A stretch of 37,876 bases of DNA from a virus (IMGVR_UViG_3300048850_000149:1-37876), one strand, 5' to 3'; positions 1-9,410 are shown, counted from the first letter of the stretch. Notes: generated from the letters alone by a model not told the origin. Program-made: numbers and translations.

Positions 1-249
1 TCAGACCAGTAGGCTGTCGTCGATCCCGAGGTACCTGCCCAGCAGCTGCCGGTCGGCGTCCGGCAGCGCGGCCGGCGACTGGCGCTTCACGTATCCCGCT
101 AAGTAGCCGGCGCTCCGGCCGATAAGTCGCGACAGCGCGGTCAGGGTCTCCTTGCGCTCGGCCGCCATAGCCAGCAGCGCTTCGCGCGGATCCGCCGGAA
201 GCATCCGCCCACGGCCGAGCGGCGCGATGCGCTCGCGATCAGTACGCAT
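1..249 (-). CDS. Small HTH protein resembling the DNA-binding N-domain of S24-family repressors, with no peptidase domain
   Basis: LTALSRLIGRSAGYLAGYVKRQSP...LPDADRQLLGRYLGI pattern; overlaps the upstream gene; the start could be the second Met (MLPADP). Confidence 0.65.
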   Translation of the reverse strand: MRTDRERIAPLGRGRMLPADPREALLAMAAERKETLTALSRLIGRSAGYLAGYVKRQSPAALPDADRQLLGRYLGIDDSLLV

Positions 250-469
250 GATAATCGATCTCGGCGTCGTCGATCACCGCGAACGCATCGCCATCCGCCT
301 GTTGCTTGTTGAGGTGGGCACGCACCTGGTCGGCGTCCCCCTCGCGCGGAAACGAACGATCCGCGCGCGCTTGTTCGGCGATGCGGTCGACCCAATCACC
401 TCGGTCCCTCTGCATCAACAACCATGCCGCGAAGCTCGGCCGCGGCTCCCCGTAACGATCGACTTGCAC
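239..469 (-). CDS. YozE/SAM-like small protein, 76 aa
   Basis: SFAAWLLMQRDRGDWVDRIAEQARADRSFP motif; GTG start at 469 preceded by an AGGAG RBS, so the ORF-track start at 676 is too long. Confidence 0.7.
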   Translation of the reverse strand: MQVDRYGEPRPSFAAWLLMQRDRGDWVDRIAEQARADRSFPREGDADQVRAHLNKQQADGDAFAVIDDAEIDYHAY

Positions 470-499
470 CGTGCGACTCCTACGATCCGTGAGCGGTTG

Positions 500-528
500 G
501 GAATAAGGGTTCCGGTTATGTTCCGCAA
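500..528 (-). promoter_or_regulatory. Sigma70-type promoter with an alphaproteobacterial LexA box (GTTC-N7-GTTC at 509-523)
   Basis: Minus strand reads TTGCGG-17 nt-TATTCC, with GAACataaccgGAAC overlapping the -35 element and spacer. Confidence 0.75.
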
Positions 529-548
529 GTTTCGGCCCGCGACATGGT

Positions 549-800
549 TCATGGCGGCGGCAGATGCGGCGCCTTGCACGGCGGCACCATCTCGATCCGC
601 GCACCACGGCGATTGCACCTGGTGCAGCGGAACCAATAGCCGGCGATCGACAGGTCGCAGTTCCAACGGCGATCACGGAAAAGCTTCAGCAGCGGGGCCA
701 CCCGCATGATCGTGCGCCGGCCGCAGCCGTGGCAGGTCGCCTCCAGATGGGCTCCGTGCTTCAGGATGTCCGAGAGAACTTTGATGACAACGCGACCCAT
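549..800 (-). CDS. Small zinc-ribbon protein (CHGC...CTRC)
   Basis: Two CxxC pairs; start uncertain (800 or 830). Confidence 0.55.
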   Translation of the reverse strand: MGRVVIKVLSDILKHGAHLEATCHGCGRRTIMRVAPLLKLFRDRRWNCDLSIAGYWFRCTRCNRRGARIEMVPPCKAPHLPPP

Positions 801-864
801 CCACGGGTCACAGCGAACGAAATCCAACATTGCAACAGCTACGGCCGAGCCCTGCCGGTCTGTC

Positions 865-1032
865 CTAGGCCTGGGGGCCTTCCTCCGACGGCGGATCTAT
901 CAGCATCCACTCGCCCCAGCGCTTCTCAGCTTTGACGCCGCAGCAGGTTGCGATCGCGAGCGGGTTCTCGCCCTCCGCGACCGGAACTAGCTGCCAAGCG
1001 TGCGCGCCCTCGGCACAATGATCTTCTGCCAT
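865..1032 (-). CDS. Hypothetical small protein
   Basis: ORF fills the gap between neighbours; ATG lies 6 nt after a -10-like TATATC (possibly leaderless). Confidence 0.35.
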   Translation of the reverse strand: MAEDHCAEGAHAWQLVPVAEGENPLAIATCCGVKAEKRWGEWMLIDPPSEEGPQA

Positions 1033-1143
1033 CCCGACGATATAGGCGTGCCGCACCGGTCGGAAAGAAGGGGTCAGACGTAAGCGGTCAGCGTCAATGC
1101 GAGCGCGGCGACGATCAGCACGCCGATCGCCGCCGCCTCGATC

Positions 1144-1983
1144 TCAGTTGTTGTTGGCCGCCTCACGCGACGAGCATAGCCCGGTCGCATCGAAGTTCGC
1201 GACCACCAGCTCGCTAACCTGCTTCGCAGCCCCTGCCCCGACCGTATAGGTCACCGGCAGCTGCACTTGGTGAAAGCGCCCGAACACCTCGCGAGCGCCC
1301 GGCGTGTCGTTGATCGACAGCAGGAACTTGCCCTTGATGCCGGCGAGCTGGTCGGCCAGCGCCGCGAAGTCGGCTCGGCCGAACACGTCCTGGCCATAGT
1401 CGTCCTCGCATCCCCAGTACGGCGGATCGAGATAGAACAGCATGCCGGCCCGGTCATAGCGGCGGATGAACTCGGCATAGCCCAGCTGCTCGATCACGAC
1501 GCCCGCCAGGCGCTCATGGATGTCCGCGAGCATCGGCTCCAGCTTGGTGACGTTGAAGCGTGAGCCCACTCCTGTGCTGACGCCGAAGTTGCGACCGCTC
1601 ACCTTCCCACCGAACGCCAGGCGCTGGAGGTAGAGGAACCGGGCCGCGCGCTCCAGGTCGGTCAGCGTCTCGGGCGCCTGCGCCTTCAGCCGCTCGAACT
1701 CGTTGCGGCTCGCCACGCGGAATCGCAGCATGTCGAGGAAGTAGGGGTAGTGCCGCTGCAGCACGCGGAAGAACGTCGCGATGTCGCCCGACACGTCGTT
1801 GATGATCTCCGCCTTCGGCCGCGACCGCCGGCGCAGGAAGATGCCGCCCATGCCGACAAAGGGCTCGGCATAACCGTCGTGGTCGACCTGGGCGATGATC
1901 GCAGTCAGCCGGGACGCAAGATTGCGCTTGCCGCCGATGTAACCGGCTGCAGGTGCTGTGGGACGTACGTTTGTTGGATACAC
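1144..1983 (-). CDS. DNA adenine methyltransferase (Dam/D12 class)
   Basis: YIGGKR, EPFVGMGG, IINDV and YLDPPY motifs; GTG start at 1983 is more likely than 2094. Confidence 0.92.
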   Translation of the reverse strand: MYPTNVRPTAPAAGYIGGKRNLASRLTAIIAQVDHDGYAEPFVGMGGIFLRRRSRPKAEIINDVSGDIATFFRVLQRHYPYFLDMLRFRVASRNEFERLKAQAPETLTDLERAARFLYLQRLAFGGKVSGRNFGVSTGVGSRFNVTKLEPMLADIHERLAGVVIEQLGYAEFIRRYDRAGMLFYLDPPYWGCEDDYGQDVFGRADFAALADQLAGIKGKFLLSINDTPGAREVFGRFHQVQLPVTYTVGAGAAKQVSELVVANFDATGLCSSREAANNN

Positions 1984-2098
1984 GGGTAAAAAGCTCGCCT
2001 TATGGGGTTCGCACCCGGCGACATGCCGGGTGCGGGACGGCCGATGGCCGCTGGTCGTGGCGAGCTGGATCTCGTCGGTTTGCCGGACTGCCATCCGG

Positions 2099-2130
2099 AA
2101 AACCCCCGCCAGGCCGAAGCCCGGCGGGGG
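2099..2130 (-). terminator. Rho-independent terminator after the portal gene
   Basis: Minus strand CCCCCGCCGGGC-TTCG-GCCTGGCGGGGG followed by TTTT. Confidence 0.65.
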
Positions 2131-2137
2131 TAGCTGG

Positions 2138-3196
2138 TCACGCGGCCTGCGCCGCCTCTTCCTCTTCGAACGCCACGGCGGGCAGACCCAGCTCGTCGTT
2201 CAGATCGAGGAACGCCGCCATCAGCGGCTTGATCTCGTTGCGCCGGAACATCGCTGTCGCATCGGTCGGGTTGCCGAACGCGGATCCTTGCGCCGGCACG
2301 ATGCCGAGCAGCTGGGGCGGCACGCGGTGCGCCGCCATGACGTCCGCCTGCGTCGCGCTCTTGATGCCCAGGAACTCGTCCTTCGCAGCAGCCTCGGCAA
2401 TCGAGATGATCTTGATGCTGTTCTCTTTGCCGTTGGGCGCATGGACGAACATCGACCGGAAGTTGCCCGGCCCCTTCGCGCCCCGCATCGCCTCCTTCAG
2501 CTTGTCGGTGTCGTTCGCATCGATGTCGCCAGTCGCGTACATGATATAGCCCGCGTGCGCGCCGTTCAGATAGTAGCGGCGCCGGAACAGCGTCGCCGCT
2601 TCGTTCAGGAGCGCCGCCTGCAGTGCCGAGATATATTCCGGCACGCCATAGATCTCCTGGTTCACGTCGGGCTGCATCAGCTGCACCACGCTGTCGCGGT
2701 CGAACTCCACCTCGTTTGGAACGCCCGGCACGTAGAAGAACCGACCAGGCTGGATCCCACGACGGGTGTATTTCGCCGGCGAATAGTCGACCCGCAGGGT
2801 GGCACCTGAGAGGCTGCGCACCTTCACGGCAAAGCAGTCGCCGAACACCAGATAGTCCTGCACCAGCTTGGCGAACACGGTGCGGCTCAACCAGCGCGAG
2901 GGCACGAACGACCCGACCAGCTGGTTGCGCTTGAAGATGATCGCGGAGCTATGATGCGGCGACACCCGGAACGCCCGGGCGAGCCCATCGCGCGAGATCG
3001 GCGGCTCGTACCAGCGGTTGTTGTGGTAGCATTCCAGCATGTCGAGCAGCTGGCGGCGGTCGAGGACGGCTTCCGGCTCGCCGAAGCTGAACGCCTCGAC
3101 GCCGCCGCTCCGCTCACCCGCCGCCGGGACGATCGCGCCGGCCGACGCTGCCTGCGCTTCATGCCGCGACATCCGCCGCGCGCTCCGCTTGCTCAT
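2138..3196 (-). CDS. Q: Portal protein (P2 gpQ, PBSX family)
   Basis: EAFSFGEPE, WYEPP, QEIYGVPEY, FRRRYYLNGAHAG and AAHRVPPQL motifs. Confidence 0.95.
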   Translation of the reverse strand: MSKRSARRMSRHEAQAASAGAIVPAAGERSGGVEAFSFGEPEAVLDRRQLLDMLECYHNNRWYEPPISRDGLARAFRVSPHHSSAIIFKRNQLVGSFVPSRWLSRTVFAKLVQDYLVFGDCFAVKVRSLSGATLRVDYSPAKYTRRGIQPGRFFYVPGVPNEVEFDRDSVVQLMQPDVNQEIYGVPEYISALQAALLNEAATLFRRRYYLNGAHAGYIMYATGDIDANDTDKLKEAMRGAKGPGNFRSMFVHAPNGKENSIKIISIAEAAAKDEFLGIKSATQADVMAAHRVPPQLLGIVPAQGSAFGNPTDATAMFRRNEIKPLMAAFLDLNDELGLPAVAFEEEEAAQAA

Positions 3197-5022
3197 TCGA
3201 TGATCTCCATGGAGCCCTTAGGCTTTTCCTTGCCGTCGAGCGGCTCGTTGATGAGGACGTGCATGATCGCCCAGGCGATGTCGGCATGGCCGTCGTCGCC
3301 GCCGCGCCCGGCCTTGAAGGTCACGTTGCGCCCGCTGGTGGTCAGCGTTTTCTTGATCGAGATGAACGACGACACGATGTCGAGGTAGGAGCTGTCGAAC
3401 GCCAGGCGCCCGCGACGCACGACGTTCTGCGCCTTCATCACCATCGCGGCCTTCACCTCGAGCGAATATTCGATCTTGGTAACGCCGCGGATCCCGGTCT
3501 CGGGCTTGGCGAGCAGCTGGTGGACGCCGGCGCCGACGCCGGTGGCGTCGATGCCCAGATAGGTCACGGTGTAGCGCGACAGCACGTGCCGGATGAAAGC
3601 GGCCTGCTCTTCGAAGTCGAGCCCGCGCAGCTGGTGGCGTTCGAGGATCCGGAACGGCCCGCCCGGAAACGCCGGCGGCGCCATGATCGCCAGCGCGGCA
3701 TTGTCGCCGTTCTCGCTATTCTGCGGATCATAGCCGGCCCAGACCGCGCGGTTGCCATAGGGCCGCGCTGCCTCGGGATCGAAGTCGGCCCAGTCGACCA
3801 GGCTGTCGCAGCCGAGCTTGACCAGGTCGTTGAAGCGGAACGCCGACAGGCTGTCGTCGACGAACACGCACCCGAACAGGTTGGCGAACTCGTCCTCGGC
3901 ATATTCGTCCTGCAGCTCGTCCAGGTCGACCAGGTCGAAGCCCTTGTCGATCGCGTCCTGCACCGTGACGATCTGGCGCCAGACGCTGTCCTCGCACAGC
4001 CGGCCATCCTTCAGCGCGGCATGGCCGACGTCGATCTCGATCCGATCCTCTTTCTTGCGCCGGCGGTTGCGCCGCTCGCCGGTCCAGTACGGATAGGCCG
4101 GGTGCGCCACGGTCGACGGCGTCGAGAAATAGGTCTTCCGCCAGTGCTTGTGGGTCGCCATGCCCGAGGCGACCTTGTTCAGCTCCTCGAACCCGTGGAC
4201 CCAGAAGAACTCGTCGAAGTAGAAGTTGCCCGAGCGGCCCTGCGCGGTGCGGAAGTTGGTGCCCAGGAAGTGCAGCTCGGCCGCCGCCTCCCCTTCGTCG
4301 CGTAGCGCGCTGGTGATCAGCATCGGGTCGCCCTTCAGGTCGACGTCGACCAGCTTGGCAAAGCCGATGATGTAGTTGCGGAACTGGTGCGCCTGCGCCT
4401 TCGATGCCGACAGGAAGATCTGGTTGCGGCCGCTCTCGATCGCGTCGATCAGCGCCTCGAATGCGAAATAATAGGTCGCCCCGATCTGGCGCGACTTCAG
4501 GATCATCCGCGTGCGGCGGGACAGGTTCGCCCACCACGTCTCCTGGTAGCCGAACAGCTGCTTTAGGAACATGTCCTTCAGCTTCTCCGCCTGCTCGGCG
4601 GTGAAGTGGTTCGGCTTTGCCTTGGGCTTGCGCTCGCCCCTGTTCCGGTTGGCGACCTTGTCGTTCAGGTCGCCTTCGTGGCCGCCCGGTTCCTCATAGC
4701 GGCGCACCTTCGCCAGCGCGGCGACCTGCCGCCCGAGCAGGTCGATTTCCTTGTAATCCTCGCCGGTCTTCTTCTCCTTGGCGATCAGCACCATCCACCG
4801 CGCTTCGAGGCAGTCCTCAAGGCGGCGGATGCTGGGCACGTCGTCCCACTTGCCGCGATCCTTCCACGACTGGACGGTGGTGCGCGCCACCTGCAGCTCT
4901 TCCGAGATCTGCGTCACCTCCCACCCGCGCCAGTACAGGCTGCGCGCCGCACGCCGGCGGTCCTCGACCGGCAGCGTCAGCGGGTCGGCATGCAGGGCAA
5001 GCGGATTGGCGAGGATCGACAT
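3193..5022 (-). CDS. P: Terminase large (ATPase/nuclease) subunit (P2 gpP)
   Basis: LKSRQIGAT Walker A, YFDEFFW Walker B, GYDP nuclease and HADIAWA motifs. Confidence 0.96.
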   Translation of the reverse strand: MSILANPLALHADPLTLPVEDRRRAARSLYWRGWEVTQISEELQVARTTVQSWKDRGKWDDVPSIRRLEDCLEARWMVLIAKEKKTGEDYKEIDLLGRQVAALAKVRRYEEPGGHEGDLNDKVANRNRGERKPKAKPNHFTAEQAEKLKDMFLKQLFGYQETWWANLSRRTRMILKSRQIGATYYFAFEALIDAIESGRNQIFLSASKAQAHQFRNYIIGFAKLVDVDLKGDPMLITSALRDEGEAAAELHFLGTNFRTAQGRSGNFYFDEFFWVHGFEELNKVASGMATHKHWRKTYFSTPSTVAHPAYPYWTGERRNRRRKKEDRIEIDVGHAALKDGRLCEDSVWRQIVTVQDAIDKGFDLVDLDELQDEYAEDEFANLFGCVFVDDSLSAFRFNDLVKLGCDSLVDWADFDPEAARPYGNRAVWAGYDPQNSENGDNAALAIMAPPAFPGGPFRILERHQLRGLDFEEQAAFIRHVLSRYTVTYLGIDATGVGAGVHQLLAKPETGIRGVTKIEYSLEVKAAMVMKAQNVVRRGRLAFDSSYLDIVSSFISIKKTLTTSGRNVTFKAGRGGDDGHADIAWAIMHVLINEPLDGKEKPKGSMEIIE

Positions 5023-5067
5023 GGTGGCGCGAGCCTAGCCACGCCCGATCGCCCAAACGGAGCCCCG

Positions 5068-5096
5068 GCAATCGTAGAGTGCGTCTCTACGATTGC
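5068..5096. promoter_or_regulatory. 29-bp palindrome, copy 1; likely late-activator (Ogr-type) site between the divergent P and O operons
   Basis: GCAATCGTAGAG-tgcgt-CTCTACGATTGC. Confidence 0.75.
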
Positions 5097-5194
5097 GCAC
5101 GCTTGAGAAGCGGCCCGCCTTCGGTCCCTGTTCGGCTTCGCAAACGGCCGGCGATGTCCCGGCAGCATCGAACCGACCCGAGGACCGCACCGCC

Positions 5195-6061
5195 ATGGCC
5201 ACCAAAAGCAAGTTCTTCCGCATCGCCGTCGAGGGCGGCACCACCGATGGCCGCGTCATCGAGCGCGACTGGATCGAGCAGATGGCGGCAGGCTACAACC
5301 CCGCAACCTACACCGCCTGTATCAATTGCGAGCACCTGCGCGGCTACAGCCCCGAGCCGCCGTTCAACAACTATGGCACGGTCGCCGCGCTCAAGACGGA
5401 AGAGATCGAACTGACCGTCGCGGGCAAGAAGGAAAAGCGCCTCGCGCTCCTCGCCCAGCTCGATCCGAACGACCAGCTGCTGTCCATCAACCGCGCCAAG
5501 CAGAAGCTGTTCACCAGCTGCGAAATCTCGCCCAACTTCGGCGGCAGCGGCAAGGCCGGCCTCGTCGGCCTGGCGGTCACCGACAATCCCGCCAGCCTCG
5601 GTACCGAGATGCTCCAGTTCGCGGCCGGCAAGGGCGAAGCCAACCCGTTTGCCGCGCGCAAGCAGGACAAGGCGAACCTGTTCACCGCCGCCGAGGAAGC
5701 CTCGATCGAGCTGGACGACGCAGCCGACCCGACCGGCCTGGTGTCGTCGCTGAAGGGCATGTTCGACAGCTTCGCCGCCAAGTTCGCCAAGCCCGACGAC
5801 AAGCAGGCCGAGACGCCGACCACGCCTGCCGAACCGCTGAAGCCCGCCAACGACAACGATCTGCAGGCGTTCGCGACCGCGATGGGCGAGACGATGTCGC
5901 AGGCGCTCACCGCAGCGCTCGCGCCGGTGAACACCACCATCGCGAGCATCCAGACCGAGCTGTCCTCGGTGAAGGGCAAGCTGGAGACGACCGAAGCACC
6001 GCAGCAGTTCTCGCGCCAGCCCTCGACCGGCGGCGGTGCGCAGATCCTCACCGACTTCTGA
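5195..6061 (+). CDS. O: Capsid scaffolding/protease protein (P2 gpO)
   Basis: KFFRIAVEGGTTDGR and GLAVTDNPASLGTE motifs; GAGGA RBS upstream of ATG 5195. Confidence 0.93.
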   Translation: MATKSKFFRIAVEGGTTDGRVIERDWIEQMAAGYNPATYTACINCEHLRGYSPEPPFNNYGTVAALKTEEIELTVAGKKEKRLALLAQLDPNDQLLSINRAKQKLFTSCEISPNFGGSGKAGLVGLAVTDNPASLGTEMLQFAAGKGEANPFAARKQDKANLFTAAEEASIELDDAADPTGLVSSLKGMFDSFAAKFAKPDDKQAETPTTPAEPLKPANDNDLQAFATAMGETMSQALTAALAPVNTTIASIQTELSSVKGKLETTEAPQQFSRQPSTGGGAQILTDF

Positions 6062-6120
6062 TCGCCAGTTCGGCCGAACCAACCGCCCCTCCCGCCTGCG
6101 TCTTTCCCCGGAGCCCCCCC

Positions 6121-7218
6121 ATGCACAACCAGACCCGCCCGCTGTTCAACGGCCTGCTCGCCCAGGTGGCGAAGCTGAACGGCGTCACCGACACCACCGT
6201 CAAGTTCTCGGTCGCACCTGCGATCGAACAGAAGCTGGAAGAGGTGATCCAGCTCTCCAGCGAGTTCCTGCAGAAGATCAACGTCGTGCCCGTCCTCGCG
6301 CAGGAAGGCGAGAAGGTCGGCGTGGGCGTCACCCGCCCGATCGCGAGCCGTACGCGCACCGACCCGAAGACGGGCAAGCGCCGCATCGCCACCGATCCGA
6401 CCGACACCGGCGACCGCGGCAAGTATCGCTGCGAAATCACGCACAGCGACGTCGCGATCCGCTACGCCAAGCTCGACCAGTGGCGCCACAAGCCCGAGTT
6501 TCAGAAGCTCGTGGGCGATGTCATCGTCAAGCAGCATGGCCGCGACCGCATCATGATCGGTTGGAACGGCGTCGCCTGCGCCGAGAACACCGACCTGGAG
6601 GCGTTCCCGCTGCTGCAGGACGTCAACTATGGTTGGCTCTACAAGATCCGCACCTTCGCGCCGGAACATGTGCTGTCCGATGGCGACCTGACCACGGGCG
6701 CGACGAAGGCGATCTACGTTGCCGCTGGTGACGACGTCGTGCTGGTCAACTCCGATGGCAGCAATGCAGACGAGGCCAATGCGGACTTCGCCAACGTCGA
6801 CGCGCTGGTGTACGCCGCGACCGAGCTGCTCGACGAATGGAACCGCGACGATACCGACCTGGTCGTGATCGTCGGCCGCGACCTGGTCCACGCCCACTTC
6901 TCGAACTTCATCAACACCGCGGGCAACACGCCGACCGAGGTGGAAGCCCGCAACCGCATCCTGACCCTGCCCAAGCAGCTGGGCGGCAAGACGGCGGTCA
7001 TGGTGCCGTTCTTCCCGGCCGACGCGCTGCTGGTCACCCGGCTCGATAACCTGTCGATCTATGTGCAGGAGGGTAGCCGCCGGCGCCAGCTGCGCGATGA
7101 GCCCGACTATGAGCAGATCGCCGACTATCAGTCGGTGAACGAGAGCTACGTGGTCGAAGACTACGGCATGACCGCGCTCGTCGAGAACATCGTCCTGGGC
7201 AAGAAGCCGGCCGCCTGA
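6121..7218 (+). CDS. N: Major capsid protein (P2 gpN)
   Basis: SSEFLQKIN, DRIMIGWNG, PLLQDVNYGWL and SVNESYVVEDY motifs; ATG at 6121. Confidence 0.95.
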   Translation: MHNQTRPLFNGLLAQVAKLNGVTDTTVKFSVAPAIEQKLEEVIQLSSEFLQKINVVPVLAQEGEKVGVGVTRPIASRTRTDPKTGKRRIATDPTDTGDRGKYRCEITHSDVAIRYAKLDQWRHKPEFQKLVGDVIVKQHGRDRIMIGWNGVACAENTDLEAFPLLQDVNYGWLYKIRTFAPEHVLSDGDLTTGATKAIYVAAGDDVVLVNSDGSNADEANADFANVDALVYAATELLDEWNRDDTDLVVIVGRDLVHAHFSNFINTAGNTPTEVEARNRILTLPKQLGGKTAVMVPFFPADALLVTRLDNLSIYVQEGSRRRQLRDEPDYEQIADYQSVNESYVVEDYGMTALVENIVLGKKPAA

Positions 7219-7265
7219 TCGGCCGCTTCGCCCGCACCTGATCCGCCCCCATCCGGAAAGTCGCA

Positions 7266-8048
7266 ATGAGCCTCGCTCGACGCCACCAGGCACGCATTCT
7301 GGCCGCACAAGCCGCGACCCTTCCGCATGGGGGCGGCACCGCCACCGCCGCTTTGCCGGCGGTGGCACCCCCTTCCCTCGACCGCGCCGCGTCGACCGCC
7401 GCCGCCCAGATCGCGATGCGCCTTGCGCACGATCTCCGCCGGCTCAAGCAGATCAAGGCGATGTCGCTGAAGATCGCCGCCAAGCGCGAGATGCTGCCGG
7501 AATATACCGCCTGGGTCGAAGGGCTGCTTACCGGTGCGACCGAGGCTGGTGCCGGTGCATCCGGCGACGTGCTGCCGACCATCATGGTCTGGACGATCGA
7601 CGTCGGCGATTTCGCCGCGGCCATGCCGCTGATCGAGCATGTCCTGCGCCACAACGTCCCGATGCCCCAGCGCTACGAACGCGATGCCGCGACCCTGATC
7701 GTCGAGGAAGTCGCCGAAGCCGCGATCAAGGCGCAGGCCGCCGACGAACCCTTCGATCTCGGCATCCTCGAACAGATCGAGCTGCTCACCGCCGACGTCG
7801 ACATGCACGACCAGGTGCGTGCCAAGCTGATGAAGGCCATTGGCTTCGAGCTGGACCGCACCGCGCGCGCGGCAGCCGAAGCCGGGACCGATGCAGACGT
7901 GCTGTCGCTGCTGTGTCGATCACTTATCGCGCTCAAGGGCGCGCAGAAGTTGAACGACCGCGTCGGCGTGAAGACCACCATCCGCAGCGTCGAGAAGGCC
8001 ATTCAGGCCGCGACGCCGCAACCCGATTCCGCCGGCACTGCCGGCTAA
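7266..8048 (+). CDS. M: Terminase small (endonuclease) subunit (P2 gpM)
   Basis: DMHDQVRAKLMKAIG and GVK motifs; follows N. Confidence 0.88.
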   Translation: MSLARRHQARILAAQAATLPHGGGTATAALPAVAPPSLDRAASTAAAQIAMRLAHDLRRLKQIKAMSLKIAAKREMLPEYTAWVEGLLTGATEAGAGASGDVLPTIMVWTIDVGDFAAAMPLIEHVLRHNVPMPQRYERDAATLIVEEVAEAAIKAQAADEPFDLGILEQIELLTADVDMHDQVRAKLMKAIGFELDRTARAAAEAGTDADVLSLLCRSLIALKGAQKLNDRVGVKTTIRSVEKAIQAATPQPDSAGTAG

Positions 8049-8156
8049 CCAGCTCGCCCCCCGGCGCTCGGGGGCGGATCGCAAGACGCGGGAGGGCCTT
8101 CGGGCTGAGGGCCGCGATCCTCCGATCCCCACCCCCGAATTTATCGAGGATCCACG

Positions 8157-8366
8157 ATGCCGCCCGCCGTCACCATTGGCCTAGCGCTCCATGCCCTTCT
8201 GTTCACCGCTGGCGGTGCGACGCTCACGCTGTACGGCGCCGCTGGCGTCGCCTGCGGTCGTGAGGTCTTCGACGGAGGCGCGCGGGTTCTCTGCGCTGCC
8301 TTGGGTGCCATCGGCCTGGTCATCTTCATCATCGGCGCGGCCTGTCTCGCGCGGCTGCTGGTATGA
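8157..8366 (+). CDS. Small two-TM membrane protein
   Basis: GAGGA RBS, two hydrophobic stretches, ATGA coupling to L. Confidence 0.55.
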   Translation: MPPAVTIGLALHALLFTAGGATLTLYGAAGVACGREVFDGGARVLCAALGAIGLVIFIIGAACLARLLV

Positions 8367-8848
8367 ACGGCTTCGGCTGCATCAGCTCAGTCGTTCCGGA
8401 TCCGGTCGTCACCGTCGAGACGGTGATCGACGACGACTGGTACCCGGCCATCGATCCCGCCCAGCTGCGCCGCGAGCATCGGCTGGGCGACATCGCCAAG
8501 GTCACACCCGAACGGCTGCGCGCGGCCATTCTTGAGGCGCTGATCTCGGTCGACAACCAGCTCGGCGTCTGGGCGATGCGTCAGACCGCTGCCGGCTATG
8601 CCTCGCTCGCTGACGTGCCCGCGCGCAAGTTCGACGGAGAAAGCCGCCTGGTCATCTCCTTCCGTCGCGCGGTCGGCGCGCTCACCAAGCTCGAACTGAT
8701 CGAGCGCCACCGGGATCTCGACACCACCGCCGCCGGCGATCGCGATGCCTCCGCGCTCGACCTGTCGATCGGCGAGCTGCGCCGCGATGCCGTCCACGCG
8801 ATCCGAGACATTCTCGGCAGCACCCGCACCACGGTCGAGCTGATCTGA
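8363..8848 (+). CDS. L: Head completion/stabilization protein (P2 gpL)
   Basis: WYPAID, AIRDILG and C-terminal TVELI motifs. Confidence 0.88.
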   Translation: MNGFGCISSVVPDPVVTVETVIDDDWYPAIDPAQLRREHRLGDIAKVTPERLRAAILEALISVDNQLGVWAMRQTAAGYASLADVPARKFDGESRLVISFRRAVGALTKLELIERHRDLDTTAAGDRDASALDLSIGELRRDAVHAIRDILGSTRTTVELI

Positions 8849-9063
8849 TGGCCGACACCATCCACGCGCGCCAGGGCGACACCCTCGACCAGCTCCTGCA
8901 CCGCGAGCGTGCGCTGGGACCGGAAGCGCTGGGCCCGGTTCTCGCCGCCAATCCCGGCCTCGCCGCCGTGGGCGCGGTCCTGCCGACCGGGACCGCCGTC
9001 ATCGTCCCGCCCGCCGCGCAGGCCGCGTCGGTCGAGCGCCACTACCTCGATTTCTGGGACTGA
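8848..9063 (+). CDS. X: Tail protein X (LysM-like)
   Basis: ARQGDTLD, ANPGLA, LPTGT and C-terminal FWD motifs. Confidence 0.88.
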   Translation: MADTIHARQGDTLDQLLHRERALGPEALGPVLAANPGLAAVGAVLPTGTAVIVPPAAQAASVERHYLDFWD

Positions 9064-9065
9064 CC

Positions 9066-9410
9066 ATGTCCAAGCTTCCCGACCTCCTCGACTCGTTTCT
9101 GACCTTCCTTGCGGGTCTGTCGCCCGGCGCGCTCGGCGCCGCCGTCAGCCTCGCCCATGAGAAGGGGCTCACCTGGTCGGAGCGCTGCATCCAGTTCGCC
9201 GCCGGCACCACCATCAGCTGGTTCGCGCAGCGCTGGATCGGTGCGGTCTACGCGTTCGACCCCTTCGTGCTGCAGGGCATCGGCTTCAGCGCCGGCATGG
9301 TCGCCTTCAAATCCACGCCGCGATTCATCGCCAGCGCCGCCGACGTCATTGCCGGCCTTCCGGCCATGATCCGCGACCGCTTCTTCCCTGCTCGAAAGGA
9401 CAAGCCGTGA
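9066..9410 (+). CDS. Holin
   Basis: Hydrophobic 114-aa protein between X and the endolysin, with a basic C-terminus. Confidence 0.7.
   Translation: MSKLPDLLDSFLTFLAGLSPGALGAAVSLAHEKGLTWSERCIQFAAGTTISWFAQRWIGAVYAFDPFVLQGIGFSAGMVAFKSTPRFIASAADVIAGLPAMIRDRFFPARKDKP

Noticed and set aside
830-2137. P2-type cos site left of the portal
   Set aside because: No convincing match to GGCGAGGCGGGGAAAGCAC was found by eye; it may be divergent or lie outside the window.
5326-7218. 630-aa capsid ORF
   Set aside because: The upstream part is an alternate frame of gpO; gpN homology starts at ATG 6121.
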